A stretch of DNA of 64,000 nt from Candidatus Babelota bacterium (GCA_030917815.1 JAUPTZ010000013.1:3109-67108), one strand, 5' to 3'. Positions 8,502-17,887 are shown, counted from the stretch's first letter. The notes: a model not told the origin generated them from the letters alone. Made by a program: numbers and translations.

Positions 8502-9242
8502 TTAGGCAGCTTTAGCAGCTTTTTTAGCAGCTCTGTTAGCCTTAAACTTCTCTACACCGCGCTTACTGCCGTTGTAACCTTTAGTAAACAGGTTTTCATC
8601 GCCAGAAATTTTGCTACCAGCAACGTGGCCAAGAAGACCAAGAGCGGCTGCAGCACTGTACACAGCGGCAAGACGAGCTTTTTCGCTCGCAATGTAACGC
8701 TTAATCAATGTACCATTTGCAAGGCGACGTCCATTAGCGGCCATACCAAGACCGGCACCAAGACCAAGCATTTGCGTTAAGTCACCACCGATAGCGCGGC
8801 GGTTGCTGTAACGGTTTCTTACACGGCCTCCGAATGAAAGTGATGGCTCATCTTCCAATAAAGCCGCTACTTCTTCAATCGCTTTGCCTTCTTGGTTCAT
8901 GCCTAAATTGTATTTTCCAATACTATCCAGATTACCATCAGCCAATATGTTTTCTGCAACGTAACCTTTTTTAGCATAAGGTGATGTACTATAATCATCT
9001 AGAGCTTTTCCAACCTCGGTTGCAGTAAAAGCACCAGGCGTATACTTGGCATCTTCGCCTGTTCCGGCCCATGATCCTTTGCTTCTATCTTCTGTACCAA
9101 ATTCTGTGTCACCCCAGGCGCCAAATTCGTCGCCAATTTGAGTAACATCATCAAATTTTGAAGCCTTAGGCGCTTCAGTCGCTGCATGTACTGCGCTTAC
9201 TGACATAGCAAGAGCTATAAGCAATAACATTTTGTTTTTCAT
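8502..9242 (-). CDS. Secreted hypothetical protein with Lys/Ala-rich C-terminal tail
   Basis: MKNKMLLLIALAMSVSAVHA signal peptide, AGGA 6 nt upstream of the ATG at 9242, glycine-rich hydrophobic stretch, and the tail NRAAKKAAKAA. Confidence 0.65.
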   Translation of the reverse strand: MKNKMLLLIALAMSVSAVHAATEAPKASKFDDVTQIGDEFGAWGDTEFGTEDRSKGSWAGTGEDAKYTPGAFTATEVGKALDDYSTSPYAKKGYVAENILADGNLDSIGKYNLGMNQEGKAIEEVAALLEDEPSLSFGGRVRNRYSNRRAIGGDLTQMLGLGAGLGMAANGRRLANGTLIKRYIASEKARLAAVYSAAAALGLLGHVAGSKISGDENLFTKGYNGSKRGVEKFKANRAAKKAAKAA

Positions 9243-9322
9243 ATACATTCCTTTTCTTTGTAACGTACGTACTCCGATGTTATTCACATCACGGGCACAT
9301 GTTTAAAATCTGCCCATGACTT

Positions 9323-9352
9323 ACTATAATTACAGCGTGAATCAAAAATCAA
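9323..9352 (-). promoter_or_regulatory. Candidate sigma70 promoter for the 8502-9242 gene
   Basis: Reverse strand reads TTGATT-18 nt-TATAGT. Confidence 0.35.
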
Positions 9353-9395
9353 GGGTTTAAACAAAAGTGAGACAACAAAAATCCCCAACACAGAA

Positions 9396-9720
9396 GCATT
9401 TGCTTCGCTGGCTGCGCCTTCTCGCAAAGACTGCCGAATAGGGCAGCTATCAGCCACGCAAAGCTCGCTGATAGCAATAATACACATTATGAAGCGTCCC
9501 GACTTCGTTAAAACTTCGTCGCGGCACGCCTTAGCACCGAATGTGCGGTGGTGGCACTGCGAGGTTTTAACCGTGGCAGTGCCTGTGCCGGATGCCCGGC
9601 GGCAAAACAAGCGTCAGTCCGCTGCGACGCGGACGCATTCTGAGAAACGAGCAGCTCCTGCGAGTGCCGAAGAAAAAAAATTGCACAGCGGTTTATCGCC
9701 TTACGTCAGACCCCCCTAAC
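9396..9720. repeat. Composite of GC-rich repeat-family modules
   Basis: 9498-9557 is about 80 percent identical to 13708-13766. 9596-9671 parallels 49026-49102, including an identical 18-mer cgagcagctcctgcgagt. Also contains ctcgcaaagac. Confidence 0.75.
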
Positions 9721-9764
9721 GTAAAGCACCACTGTGCAATAATATATATCTTGTAAGAAAAGCA

Positions 9765-9842
9765 CCAGGCCCTTCTGAGGGGCCTGTCCGCCGTAGCTCT
9801 GCCCGCTGTAGCCTTTGGCATAAGCGGAAGAGCGTTGGAGGA
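9765..9842. repeat. Repeat-family unit directly after the rpsI stop
   Basis: aggccc-ttctgag-gggcct hairpin, then gtccgccgtagc...gttggagga. This is the same word pair as 30131-30186. Confidence 0.6.
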
Positions 9843-10241
9843 TTAGCGCTTAACGAATTGGAATTTCTTACGCGCTGCTTTTTGTCCGTATTTCTTACGT
9901 TCTTTTACGCGAGAATCAACGGTAAGCAAGCTGTTGGCACGAAGAACCAAACGCAAATTTTCATCAACGGTCAACAAAGCACGCGCAATACCAAGCTTGA
10001 TAGCATCAGATTGACCGGTACGACCGCCGCCTTGAACGTTTGCCACGATGTCGTAACTCTTGTTATGGCCGGTCACATTTAACGGAGCCAACAAGCCTTG
10101 ACGGGTTGCATCGGTATCAAAATATTGTGCATAGTCACGGCCATTGACCACGATGGATCCACTGCCGCTTTTAAGCCACACGCGAGCTGTCGCACTTTTT
10201 CGACGACCAATCCCGTGATGCATTGTGCTACTTTGTTTCAT
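9843..10241 (-). CDS. rpsI: 30S ribosomal protein S9
   Basis: GIGRRKSATARV and the C-terminal DSRVKERKKYGQKAARKKFQFVKR are S9 hallmarks. Confidence 0.95.
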   Translation of the reverse strand: MKQSSTMHHGIGRRKSATARVWLKSGSGSIVVNGRDYAQYFDTDATRQGLLAPLNVTGHNKSYDIVANVQGGGRTGQSDAIKLGIARALLTVDENLRLVLRANSLLTVDSRVKERKKYGQKAARKKFQFVKR

Positions 10242-10297
10242 ATGACCTTTCAGATCAGAAATCGGTTAGTAAACGCTCATAATTCAACGAGCAAGAA

Positions 10298-10325
10298 AGT
10301 ATACTGTGAAAGCTAATTTTGTCAA
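10298..10325 (-). promoter_or_regulatory. Sigma70-type promoter of rpsI
   Basis: Reverse strand reads TTGACA-16 nt-TATACT, about 55 nt upstream of the rpsI ATG. Confidence 0.55.
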
Positions 10326-10335
10326 AATTCGTTTT

Positions 10336-11271
10336 TTATTCCCATCCAAGCGGTATCACTTCACGCACTAAAACACGGGCATTATGGCTTACCGCATCTT
10401 TATCATAAAAGCTTGGATTTGTTCGCGCAGTGCAAGAATGCGTAGTCTCTATATTTTTAATTTGTGTCGTTGGAACACCAATTGACAAGGCAAAACATAC
10501 TTGCCCCGCATAGGCTCCGGTAACACTCCCCGAGTCACCCCAGCCAATATCAGCTCCCTGAAACACAGAGGCTAACTCGCTTGCGCAGTAAATAACCGAG
10601 TACTGTTCACACATCTTAGCCAACTTCTTAGCATAAATGTGTACGACCGCCTCATTGACCACCCACAAAGCACCCATACCGGCCATATGCGGCACGATTT
10701 GAGCAACCACATCGCCAGCCATATCAACCGGAAGTAGCTTGAATTCGACATCATGTGCCTCCAGTTGCAGCATGAGCTGTGCTTTTTCGGCATCAAATTT
10801 ATCAAGGCCTACCTGAGCATCATGCGGAATCAGCACGGTTTTCAGGCCAGGCACAATCTCTTTTAAGACCATAACACAGTGTTCATAGTCAAGCGGCGCA
10901 CTATTCACCCCAATAATCCCCGGCTCAGGAATCTCAAAATTCTTAATCAAACCAACGCCAACCGGGTCTTGGACCCCAATAAACAACTGAGGCATCGACC
11001 ATTTATGCTCATTAATATAGGTCTTTACGTGAGAGCTAACCCACGTGCCGGTTGTTACAATGGCGGCATAGTCATTTTTATTCTGTGCAATAATCGGAAG
11101 CACTTCTTCATGAAGCCTCGTAAGCGAATTTTCTGCTGAGTACACCTCAAAAAGTGGCGGTTCTTCTGGCGAATAAGCATTCATCATGCTTACCACAAGA
11201 CCTTTTACCACGCGGCGTTCCCACGCATTATCATGATGTAATACAACGATTGCAACGCGCTTTCCGGTCAT
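10336..11271 (-). CDS. ABC-type substrate-binding-protein-like protein (ABC_sub_bind/COG2984 type), orphan
   Basis: LFIGVQDPVGVGLIKNFEIPEPGIIGVNS matches the family core PiVF..v.DPv..glv.sl..Pg.NvTGvs. The likely start is MTGKRVAIVVL at 11271. No signal peptide is evident. Confidence 0.6.
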   Translation of the reverse strand: MTGKRVAIVVLHHDNAWERRVVKGLVVSMMNAYSPEEPPLFEVYSAENSLTRLHEEVLPIIAQNKNDYAAIVTTGTWVSSHVKTYINEHKWSMPQLFIGVQDPVGVGLIKNFEIPEPGIIGVNSAPLDYEHCVMVLKEIVPGLKTVLIPHDAQVGLDKFDAEKAQLMLQLEAHDVEFKLLPVDMAGDVVAQIVPHMAGMGALWVVNEAVVHIYAKKLAKMCEQYSVIYCASELASVFQGADIGWGDSGSVTGAYAGQVCFALSIGVPTTQIKNIETTHSCTARTNPSFYDKDAVSHNARVLVREVIPLGWE

Positions 11272-11494
11272 TTTCCATCTGCGTGAGCGAGCAAGGATGA
11301 AACGAAAACGATACCCAAATACAGACAAGGAAAGGAGCGACCGCGGAGAAAAGGATTCTTCGACAAGTCCTAATTCATCTCTAGTGATTAGATTTGACAC
11401 GACAATACTTCCTTACACAGCTACAGGGTTAGACAGCGCATTTACATTAAACAGTGGGGCAATAATAAAACGATTTGCAGATTACGTCAAAAAA

Positions 11495-12121
11495 TCAAGG
11501 CATTAAAAAGGCTTTTACCATCGCATCTCTTGCCTCTTGGTCATCGTACCCGCGGGCACTTAAATAAAACAATTGAGTCGCATCAAGATGGGTAATGGCC
11601 GAGCCATGGCTGCACGACACATCGTCGGACAAAATATCGAGTGCCGGTATTGAGACAGCTCGTGCTCCACTATCGAGCAGTAAATGTTTATGGACCTGAT
11701 CTGCGGCCACTCCGAAAAGATGTGGCGCGATGAAAATGGTGCTCGCAACGGTCGCACGTGACCCACCATCACTCACCCCTAATATACGGGCCGAGCTCGT
11801 TGAATGTGAGGCATTATGCTGCTGCTGCGTAGTCAGCGAGAAATGGCCAGCACCTTTGGTATAACAAGAAACCTCAAGGGTGGCGGCGCTGCCACGCCCC
11901 TGACACTGCATGTTAACGGTCCGCTGCACCTGCCCCCCGGCCACAACGAAAGACCCTTTGTAGACAACGGTCGCATCGGCTTCAACAACCAAGGTAACGG
12001 TCGCCTGCATAACCATTGCATCATCGAACACGGTCATATGAGTCCCGGCCGGAATCGTAAGCGTCACCGCACGATTCTCTTGAAGCTCAACAACTTGAGA
12101 TATCTGCCTCACCTCATTCAT
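11495..12121 (-). CDS. sufD: Fe-S assembly protein SufD, unusually short (208 aa)
   Basis: C-terminal SufB/D fold motifs [28 protein letters not shown]. The start overlaps the sufB stop (ATGA). Confidence 0.75.
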   Translation of the reverse strand: MNEVRQISQVVELQENRAVTLTIPAGTHMTVFDDAMVMQATVTLVVEADATVVYKGSFVVAGGQVQRTVNMQCQGRGSAATLEVSCYTKGAGHFSLTTQQQHNASHSTSSARILGVSDGGSRATVASTIFIAPHLFGVAADQVHKHLLLDSGARAVSIPALDILSDDVSCSHGSAITHLDATQLFYLSARGYDDQEARDAMVKAFLMP

Positions 12122-13491
12122 CCGATGCTCCCTTCCATTTCCATAGCAATCAAGCGGTTCATTTCAACCGCATACTCCATAGGCAATTCTTTCACGAACG
12201 GCTCAATAAATCCGTTCACAATCAAGGTTCTGGCTTCCGGCTCTGCAATACCTCTACTCATAAGATAGAATAGCTTTTCGGCACTAATTTTCCCTACACT
12301 GGCCTCATGCTGTACATCACTGTCATGAGCCAAGACCTTCATCGTTGGATAGGTATCTGAGCGAGACTTGCCATCAAGTAAGAGCGCATCACACTGCACA
12401 CTCGACTTACAGCGACGAGCCTGTGGGCCAATGCTTACTAAGCCACGATAGCTTGAACGCCCACCATTGCTACTGATCGATTTAGAAATAATGCGTGACG
12501 TAGTCCGTGAAGCCAAATGAATGACTTTTCCACCGGCATCTTGTACCTGCCCCGGATGACAGGCCATGGCTACCGACAAAATCTCGGCCCGCGCGCCTTC
12601 CCCTTTAAGAACAACACAGGGATATTTCATCGTCACCCCACTGCCCAGGTTACCATCGATCCATTCCACCATCGAATTTTCATAAGCGAAAGCCCGCTTG
12701 GTAACCAGGTTAAACACGTTACGAGACCAGTTCTGAATCGTTGAATAGCGCACACGAGCGCCGGGCAATGCAATAATTTCAACAACCGCACTATGCAGCG
12801 AGTTACCACTATAATTAGGAGCGGTGCACCCTTCTACGTAGTGCACAAAGCTTCCCTCATCGGCAATAATAAGCGTTCGCTCAAACTGCCCCATTTGCTC
12901 CGCATTAATACGGAAATAGGTTTGTAACGGAGCGGTCACCTGGACCCCTTTAGGAATATAGACAAAACTACCCCCGCTCCACACCGCGCTGTTCAGCGCC
13001 GCAAATTTGTTATCGTTTGCCGGAATAACGGTGCCAAAATATTTTTTAAAGAGCTCAGGATATTGCGCTAAACCGGAATCACAGTCGAGAAAAACGACCC
13101 CTTGATCAACCCATTCCTGCCGCAGCTTGTGATACACCATTTCCGATTCATACTGCGCGCCGAGACCGGCAAGGTATTGCCGCTCTGCCTGAGGAACCCC
13201 AAGACGATCAAACGTGTTTTTAATATCTTCCGGCACATCGTCCCAAGAAGAATGCTTACCTTCAATCGGCTTTATGTAGTAGTGAATGTCGTTCTGATCA
13301 AGCGCACTTAAATCGGGACCCCACGACGGCATTGGCCGCTCCTCAAAGTATTTTAAAGCCTGCAACCGGAACTCAAGCATCCAGGCCGGCTCGTTCTTGC
13401 GTGCCGAGATTTCACGAACAATTTGCTCGTTCAACCCTTTTTCAGATTTAAATTGATAAAGCTCAGGCGTGCTGAACTGCTCGTGTGACAT
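12118..13491 (-). CDS. sufB: Fe-S cluster assembly scaffold SufB
   Basis: Highly conserved SufB blocks ([44 protein letters not shown]). The likely start is the Met at 13491, preceded by AGGA; the ORF extends to 13539. Confidence 0.93.
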   Translation of the reverse strand: MSHEQFSTPELYQFKSEKGLNEQIVREISARKNEPAWMLEFRLQALKYFEERPMPSWGPDLSALDQNDIHYYIKPIEGKHSSWDDVPEDIKNTFDRLGVPQAERQYLAGLGAQYESEMVYHKLRQEWVDQGVVFLDCDSGLAQYPELFKKYFGTVIPANDNKFAALNSAVWSGGSFVYIPKGVQVTAPLQTYFRINAEQMGQFERTLIIADEGSFVHYVEGCTAPNYSGNSLHSAVVEIIALPGARVRYSTIQNWSRNVFNLVTKRAFAYENSMVEWIDGNLGSGVTMKYPCVVLKGEGARAEILSVAMACHPGQVQDAGGKVIHLASRTTSRIISKSISSNGGRSSYRGLVSIGPQARRCKSSVQCDALLLDGKSRSDTYPTMKVLAHDSDVQHEASVGKISAEKLFYLMSRGIAEPEARTLIVNGFIEPFVKELPMEYAVEMNRLIAMEMEGSIG

Positions 13492-13570
13492 AAAAAGTCC
13501 TGTGTAATGCCGCTCTTTAACTATTTCAGTAGTATGCAAAGTTTATTAAAAAAGCACAAGGCCGCCAGCA

Positions 13571-13998
13571 GCGCTAAAACCATTGAATGACTCATAGAAT
13601 GCACGATCTCGCTCCTCCTTGTCCCGCTACACGCTCGCAAGAGCGTCATCGCGAGCGCATGCGTGGCGATCCAGCAGATTATTTGTTACCTATCTCTCCT
13701 GGATTGCCCCGACTTCGCATAGCTTCGTCGCGGCTCGCCTTAGCACGGAACGTACGGAGGCGGCACGGCCTGCAATGCAGACCTCGCAAAGACGGCTGGT
13801 GGCGTCTAGTAAGTATCTACATTGAATTCCGTTGTCTATAGTTCTCGAACAGTAAGCCACTGAGAAAATCTGCCGCAGTGAGCCAGCTCCACGCAGGAAA
13901 GCGAGAGAGGGGTGTTTGAGCGACCGCGTGGACTGCTGGCCACGATAGGCAGCATAGCGCAAGATTTGGCAGTGTCTCATGCGCTAAAACCATTGAAT
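13571..13998. repeat. 392-bp composite repeat element bracketed by an 18-bp perfect direct repeat
   Basis: gcgctaaaaccattgaat occurs at 13571-13588 and 13981-13998. The interior carries the family modules ctggatcgccacg...gatgacgc, ggattgcccc gacttcg..., and ctcgcaaagacgg...acattgaatt.cgttgtctata. Confidence 0.75.
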
Positions 13999-14062
13999 TT
14001 GCCCATCAAATTAACTACCTTAACCTTGTTTTTACAAAGCCCATTATTTAAAGGCGGCCATC

Positions 14063-16216
14063 ATGACACCAAAAAAATATCTGCCCGGTCTTATAACCGC
14101 TCTTGCCACCGGCATCAGCCTTTCAGTAGTTGTTACCACCGGAGCCGGCACCATGCAAAGCCCCTTTCTTAAATTTTTACAGAACGACCCTCTTGATTCT
14201 ATCAGCAAAGCACTCACCACCCTGCCAATACACAGCACCGCAGCCGCAACCGCTCTGGCAAATACGGTCCTGGCCGACGCTGCCGCACTCAAAAAAAATA
14301 TACTGGCCATCGCACCAAGTGAGCGGACCTACGCAAATACCGTACGCGCCTACGATCACATGGCAGGAATCATTGGTATGGCTTGCGATGCACTCCAAAC
14401 GGTCCAATTCCTCAGTACCGACATTGAAAACCGCAGCGCTCCGTATGAAAAAATATTAAATGAGTCGGCACCACTCTATACCGATACCGCATTATACAAA
14501 GCGTTCATAGAATACCGCGATAATGGCATGGCACACGAAACCTTAAACGAGGAGCAAAGGCGGTATTTTGACGAAGCAATAGGCGTGTTCAAATACATTG
14601 GATGCCACAAAGATGAGGCAACATTTGCACGTATTCTTGAATTAAGAAACGCGGTTGAAGAAGCAAAAAATTCTTTTGAAGACACCATCAACTGCGACAC
14701 CAGCGCGGTTGCGTTTGATGAAGCCGACCTCGTTGGCGTTGCTCCCGGCTTCATTGCGGCACAAGAACGAGATGACCAGGGACGCGTCGTTCTCCCCTGC
14801 AACGGTCCAACGGCAGCTGCCGTAATGCCCTACTGCAGCAACCCTGCCGTAAGAAAAGCTCTGCGAAAAGCATTCACTCGTAGAGGATACCCCCAAAACG
14901 TTGATCATTTACAAAAACTATTGCGGCTTCGACAGGAGCTTGCAGAACTTCTCGACTTTAAAGACTACGCCTCCTACGCCCTTTCGTGCTGCATGATCGA
15001 AACACCGACGGCCGCTCATGAGTTTTTAGATACAATCGCTACGCAATCAAACATACTCATGCAAAAGAATCTCGCGGTATTACTCCCCACACTCCCTGAC
15101 GATGTCACCCTTGTTGAGGGGATGCTACAACCATGGGATCTTGCCTACGCTACCAATGCATACCAAAAGGCCCATTTTGACATCGATCCGCGCGAAATTG
15201 CCGAATATTTCCCTATGGAGACGGTAGTAAAAGGTATTTTCTCCATCTACGAAAAATTCTTTGGTATCTCACTTGAATACCATGAGACCATTCCCGGCGC
15301 CTGGAATGAAGAGGTTGGTTGCATAATTGTCTCCACCAAAGATCGCTCTCGCCTCCTGGGATATGTATTTCTCGACCTATTCCCGCGCACACAAAAATAT
15401 TCTCACTTATGCTGTACTCAGGTAGTGCCCCATATCTGGCAGGAGACCGAAAGTGGCGAGCGGCAAGAGATTCCGGCCGTAACCATCATCATCGGCAACT
15501 TTCCGAAACCTGAAGGCGATAAGCCGGCGCTCCTTCTCCATAGCGATGCCGAAGGATTCTTTCATGAATTTGGTCATGCCATGCATGCGATACTCTCCTG
15601 TACCCAGCATACACAGACCGGTGGCATTCCAAGAATGCTGACCGAAGCAACCGGCCTTCCTATAGATTTTGTTGAACTTCCTTCGCAGATGCTCGAAAAA
15701 TGGTTATGGGATCCGGAGATTCTCCAGCTCATAAGCTGCCATTATCAGACCAAAGAACCACTCCCAGCAGCTCTTATCCAAAAGATGATCGCCGCACGCA
15801 ACGCCAAGATCGGTCTTCAAGAAGCATCACAAACCTTCCTCTCCGCAATCTCACTCAGCTACCACGAAACACCAACCCCGGTTGATCTTGATGGTATCCT
15901 GGAAACATTGTACGAAGAGCTACAGCCGGGAATCGCATTTGATAAGGACGATAATAAGTTCTATGCCTCATTTGGTCACCTCGGCATGTATGGTCCTGCC
16001 TATTATGGCTATTCATTATCCCGCGCATACTCTTACGATATCTTTTCCCGTATCAAAGAATATGGCCTCCTAAATGAGGAAATCGGTGCCCAGTTTGTAG
16101 ACTGCATCTTGAAGCCGGGCGGCAGCAAGGAACCGCACGAATTGCTTGCCGATTTTTTAGGAAGACCGGCCTCGGTCGATGCCTATCTGACCTGGCTCAA
16201 AGAGATCGCTTCCTAA
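14063..16216 (+). CDS. M3-family zinc oligopeptidase (thimet/oligopeptidase A-like) with N-terminal signal/anchor
   Basis: 717-aa ORF with the HEFGHAMH zinc motif and overall M3 architecture. Hydrophobic N-terminus LITALATGISLSVVV. Confidence 0.85.
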   Translation: MTPKKYLPGLITALATGISLSVVVTTGAGTMQSPFLKFLQNDPLDSISKALTTLPIHSTAAATALANTVLADAAALKKNILAIAPSERTYANTVRAYDHMAGIIGMACDALQTVQFLSTDIENRSAPYEKILNESAPLYTDTALYKAFIEYRDNGMAHETLNEEQRRYFDEAIGVFKYIGCHKDEATFARILELRNAVEEAKNSFEDTINCDTSAVAFDEADLVGVAPGFIAAQERDDQGRVVLPCNGPTAAAVMPYCSNPAVRKALRKAFTRRGYPQNVDHLQKLLRLRQELAELLDFKDYASYALSCCMIETPTAAHEFLDTIATQSNILMQKNLAVLLPTLPDDVTLVEGMLQPWDLAYATNAYQKAHFDIDPREIAEYFPMETVVKGIFSIYEKFFGISLEYHETIPGAWNEEVGCIIVSTKDRSRLLGYVFLDLFPRTQKYSHLCCTQVVPHIWQETESGERQEIPAVTIIIGNFPKPEGDKPALLLHSDAEGFFHEFGHAMHAILSCTQHTQTGGIPRMLTEATGLPIDFVELPSQMLEKWLWDPEILQLISCHYQTKEPLPAALIQKMIAARNAKIGLQEASQTFLSAISLSYHETPTPVDLDGILETLYEELQPGIAFDKDDNKFYASFGHLGMYGPAYYGYSLSRAYSYDIFSRIKEYGLLNEEIGAQFVDCILKPGGSKEPHELLADFLGRPASVDAYLTWLKEIAS

Positions 16217-16354
16217 GAATACAACCGCCGTTGAAAACCGGATTTTCGCTGTCCCAACCGCAACTTGTTTGACTTCAGAATCACCAATATGCCATAGTGG
16301 TAGGCGATGAATCACTACACCATCACTACTATCATACTAAAGAAGGGATACGTT

Positions 16355-16630
16355 ATGAAAAACCTCATGCTTGCACTTTTAGTTAGCAGCGTTGCAGTAT
16401 CAGCAGTTGTTGCTGAAGAAGCAGAAAGATCGTTCGTTGTTATGGATACGGTTACCGGCGAAATAGATATTTTTGGTGAAGACGGAAGCTTTGTCGCAAT
16501 CACTGAAAACGTAGTAGACGGTTCGCTCAACGTAGAAGCGTTTGACAACCAAGAGAACGAAACATTCGTTACAACACAAACTACCGATGTAGCTATCAGC
16601 AGCGATGACTCAGTCGTAAGCGACAGCTAA
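16355..16630 (+). CDS. Small acidic secreted protein
   Basis: MKNLMLALLVSSVAVSAVVA signal peptide, GAAGGGA RBS 7 nt upstream, Asp/Glu/Val/Thr-rich body, followed by a terminator. Confidence 0.6.
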   Translation: MKNLMLALLVSSVAVSAVVAEEAERSFVVMDTVTGEIDIFGEDGSFVAITENVVDGSLNVEAFDNQENETFVTTQTTDVAISSDDSVVSDS

Positions 16631-16654
16631 TCTAACCAATTCAAAAATAAAAAA

Positions 16655-16678
16655 GGCCTCTTAATCGAGGCCTTTTTT
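16655..16678. terminator. Bidirectional intrinsic terminator between convergent genes
   Basis: aaaaa-ggcctc-ttaatc-gaggcc-tttttt. Serves the small secreted gene (+) and sufC (-). Confidence 0.7.
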
Positions 16679-17435
16679 ATTTAACGTAACCACTTTCTTC
16701 AACTTCAGATGCCAGCCCGGCACCACCGATCTTCGTAATACACCCCTGCTGCATGATATGCACTTGGTCAGGCACAATGTAGTTCAAAATACGGTTGTAG
16801 TGCGTAATAAGAAGTAACGACAGCGCAGGATTATCTGCCTTCACCGCAATTAATGCGGCACACACACGACGCAACGCGTCAACGTCCAGCCCGGAATCAA
16901 CTTCATCAAGAATGGCCAAGGTGGGCTGAAGCACGGCGAGCTGTAAGATCTCGGCCTGTTTCTTCTCACCACCGGAAAACCCGACATTCACGCCTCGCTC
17001 AACAAACGATCGGTCAAGCCCGAGCAACGCCAACTTATCATCCAATAGCTGATTAAATGCTTTAAGCCCTATCTGCTTCTCAGTGCCGGCATACCAGGCA
17101 TTGTAGGCAGTCCGTAACAAATCTTTAAGCGGCAACCCTTCAATTTCATAGGGATACTGGAAAGCTAAGAAAATACCGTGACGGGCCCGAAAATGTGGTG
17201 CTAATGCGGTAATATCTTCGCCATTAAACCGAATGGTACCGGCGGTAACGGTATAGGATGGATGTCCCATAATAACTTGTGCCAATGTACTCTTACCCGA
17301 TCCGTTGGGACCCATAATAGCATGCGTGCTGCCCGGCTGCATTACCAGATCAACACCGTGTAAAATCTGTGTATCATCGATCGATGCCGCAAGATCGGTA
17401 ACCTCAAGGCGCGGATGCAATACGTCAATACTCAT
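16677..17435 (-). CDS. sufC: Fe-S assembly ATPase SufC
   Basis: Walker A GPNGSGKST, ABC signature FSGGEKK, Walker B LAILDEVDSGLD. Confidence 0.93.
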   Translation of the reverse strand: MSIDVLHPRLEVTDLAASIDDTQILHGVDLVMQPGSTHAIMGPNGSGKSTLAQVIMGHPSYTVTAGTIRFNGEDITALAPHFRARHGIFLAFQYPYEIEGLPLKDLLRTAYNAWYAGTEKQIGLKAFNQLLDDKLALLGLDRSFVERGVNVGFSGGEKKQAEILQLAVLQPTLAILDEVDSGLDVDALRRVCAALIAVKADNPALSLLLITHYNRILNYIVPDQVHIMQQGCITKIGGAGLASEVEESGYVK

Positions 17436-17504
17436 GGAAACTCCGTAGTTTTTTCATTTTTAAAGAGAATAAACGCAGTCTACACAAACGCCAAAATAAG
17501 AAAA

Positions 17505-17525
17505 GGGCGGCTGTACGTGCCGCCC
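17505..17525 (-). terminator. Intrinsic terminator after the lipoprotein gene
   Basis: gggcggc-tgtacgt-gccgccc with T-runs on both sides. Confidence 0.6.
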
Positions 17526-17569
17526 TTTTCTTTCTCAAAAGCACCCGAAGGTGCTCATCAACAGAGTCT

Positions 17570-17887
17570 TTATTTTGTGTGCTTTTTCCCTTGCTTCTTA
17601 CATGGGCAACAGGTTTTGTCTTTTACACACACGGTACATTCTTTAGTATCTTCGTTTGAGCCAATAACAGCACCAGCTCCACCAAGAGCTACGCCACCAA
17701 TAGCGGCACCGGCAATGGCCGACCCAGCATTTTTACCGATCAAACCACCAATACCAGCACCAAGGCCAGCACCAAGAATAGTTCCGATAACGGCACCTTT
17801 TTTCTGCTTATCGGTGCAACCACCCATAAAACTCAATGCACCGGCAACGCTAACAAGCATCGCTAAACGGATCATCATATTTTTCAT
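17570..17887 (-). CDS. Glycine-zipper lipoprotein with Cys-rich basic tail
   Basis: MKNMMIRLAMLVSVAGALSFMGGC (lipobox-like), then a GxxxG-rich segment (GAGLGAGIGGLIGKNAGSAIAGAAIGG), then CTVCVKDKTCCPCKKQGKKHTK. Confidence 0.7.
   Translation of the reverse strand: MKNMMIRLAMLVSVAGALSFMGGCTDKQKKGAVIGTILGAGLGAGIGGLIGKNAGSAIAGAAIGGVALGGAGAVIGSNEDTKECTVCVKDKTCCPCKKQGKKHTK

Noticed and set aside
9284-9719. 108-aa and 76-aa ORFs in the spacer after rpsI; similar ORFs at 13587-13980, 30254-30541 and 48545-49191
   Set aside because: All lie wholly in repeat DNA. They occur on both strands of the same sequence and lack start-site signals. The open frames are explained by the GC-rich, stop-poor composition of the repeats.
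9290-9842. A long non-coding gap as a possible tmRNA, RNase P RNA, SRP RNA or 6S RNA gene (also 13540-14062, 25251-25498, 28855-29070)
   Set aside because: I found no tRNA-like 3-prime end (GGTTCGAATCC...CCA) outside the annotated tRNAs, no GAGGAAAGTCC-type RNase P core, and no SRP domain IV motif. The gaps are explained by repeat modules. A covariance-model scan (Rfam/Infernal) would be the proper test.
13815-13845. TTGAAT ... TATAGT inside the conserved 59-nt module as a sigma70 promoter
   Set aside because: The two hexamers are only 9 nt apart, far from the 16-19 nt required. No alternative hexamer pair is conserved between the two copies.
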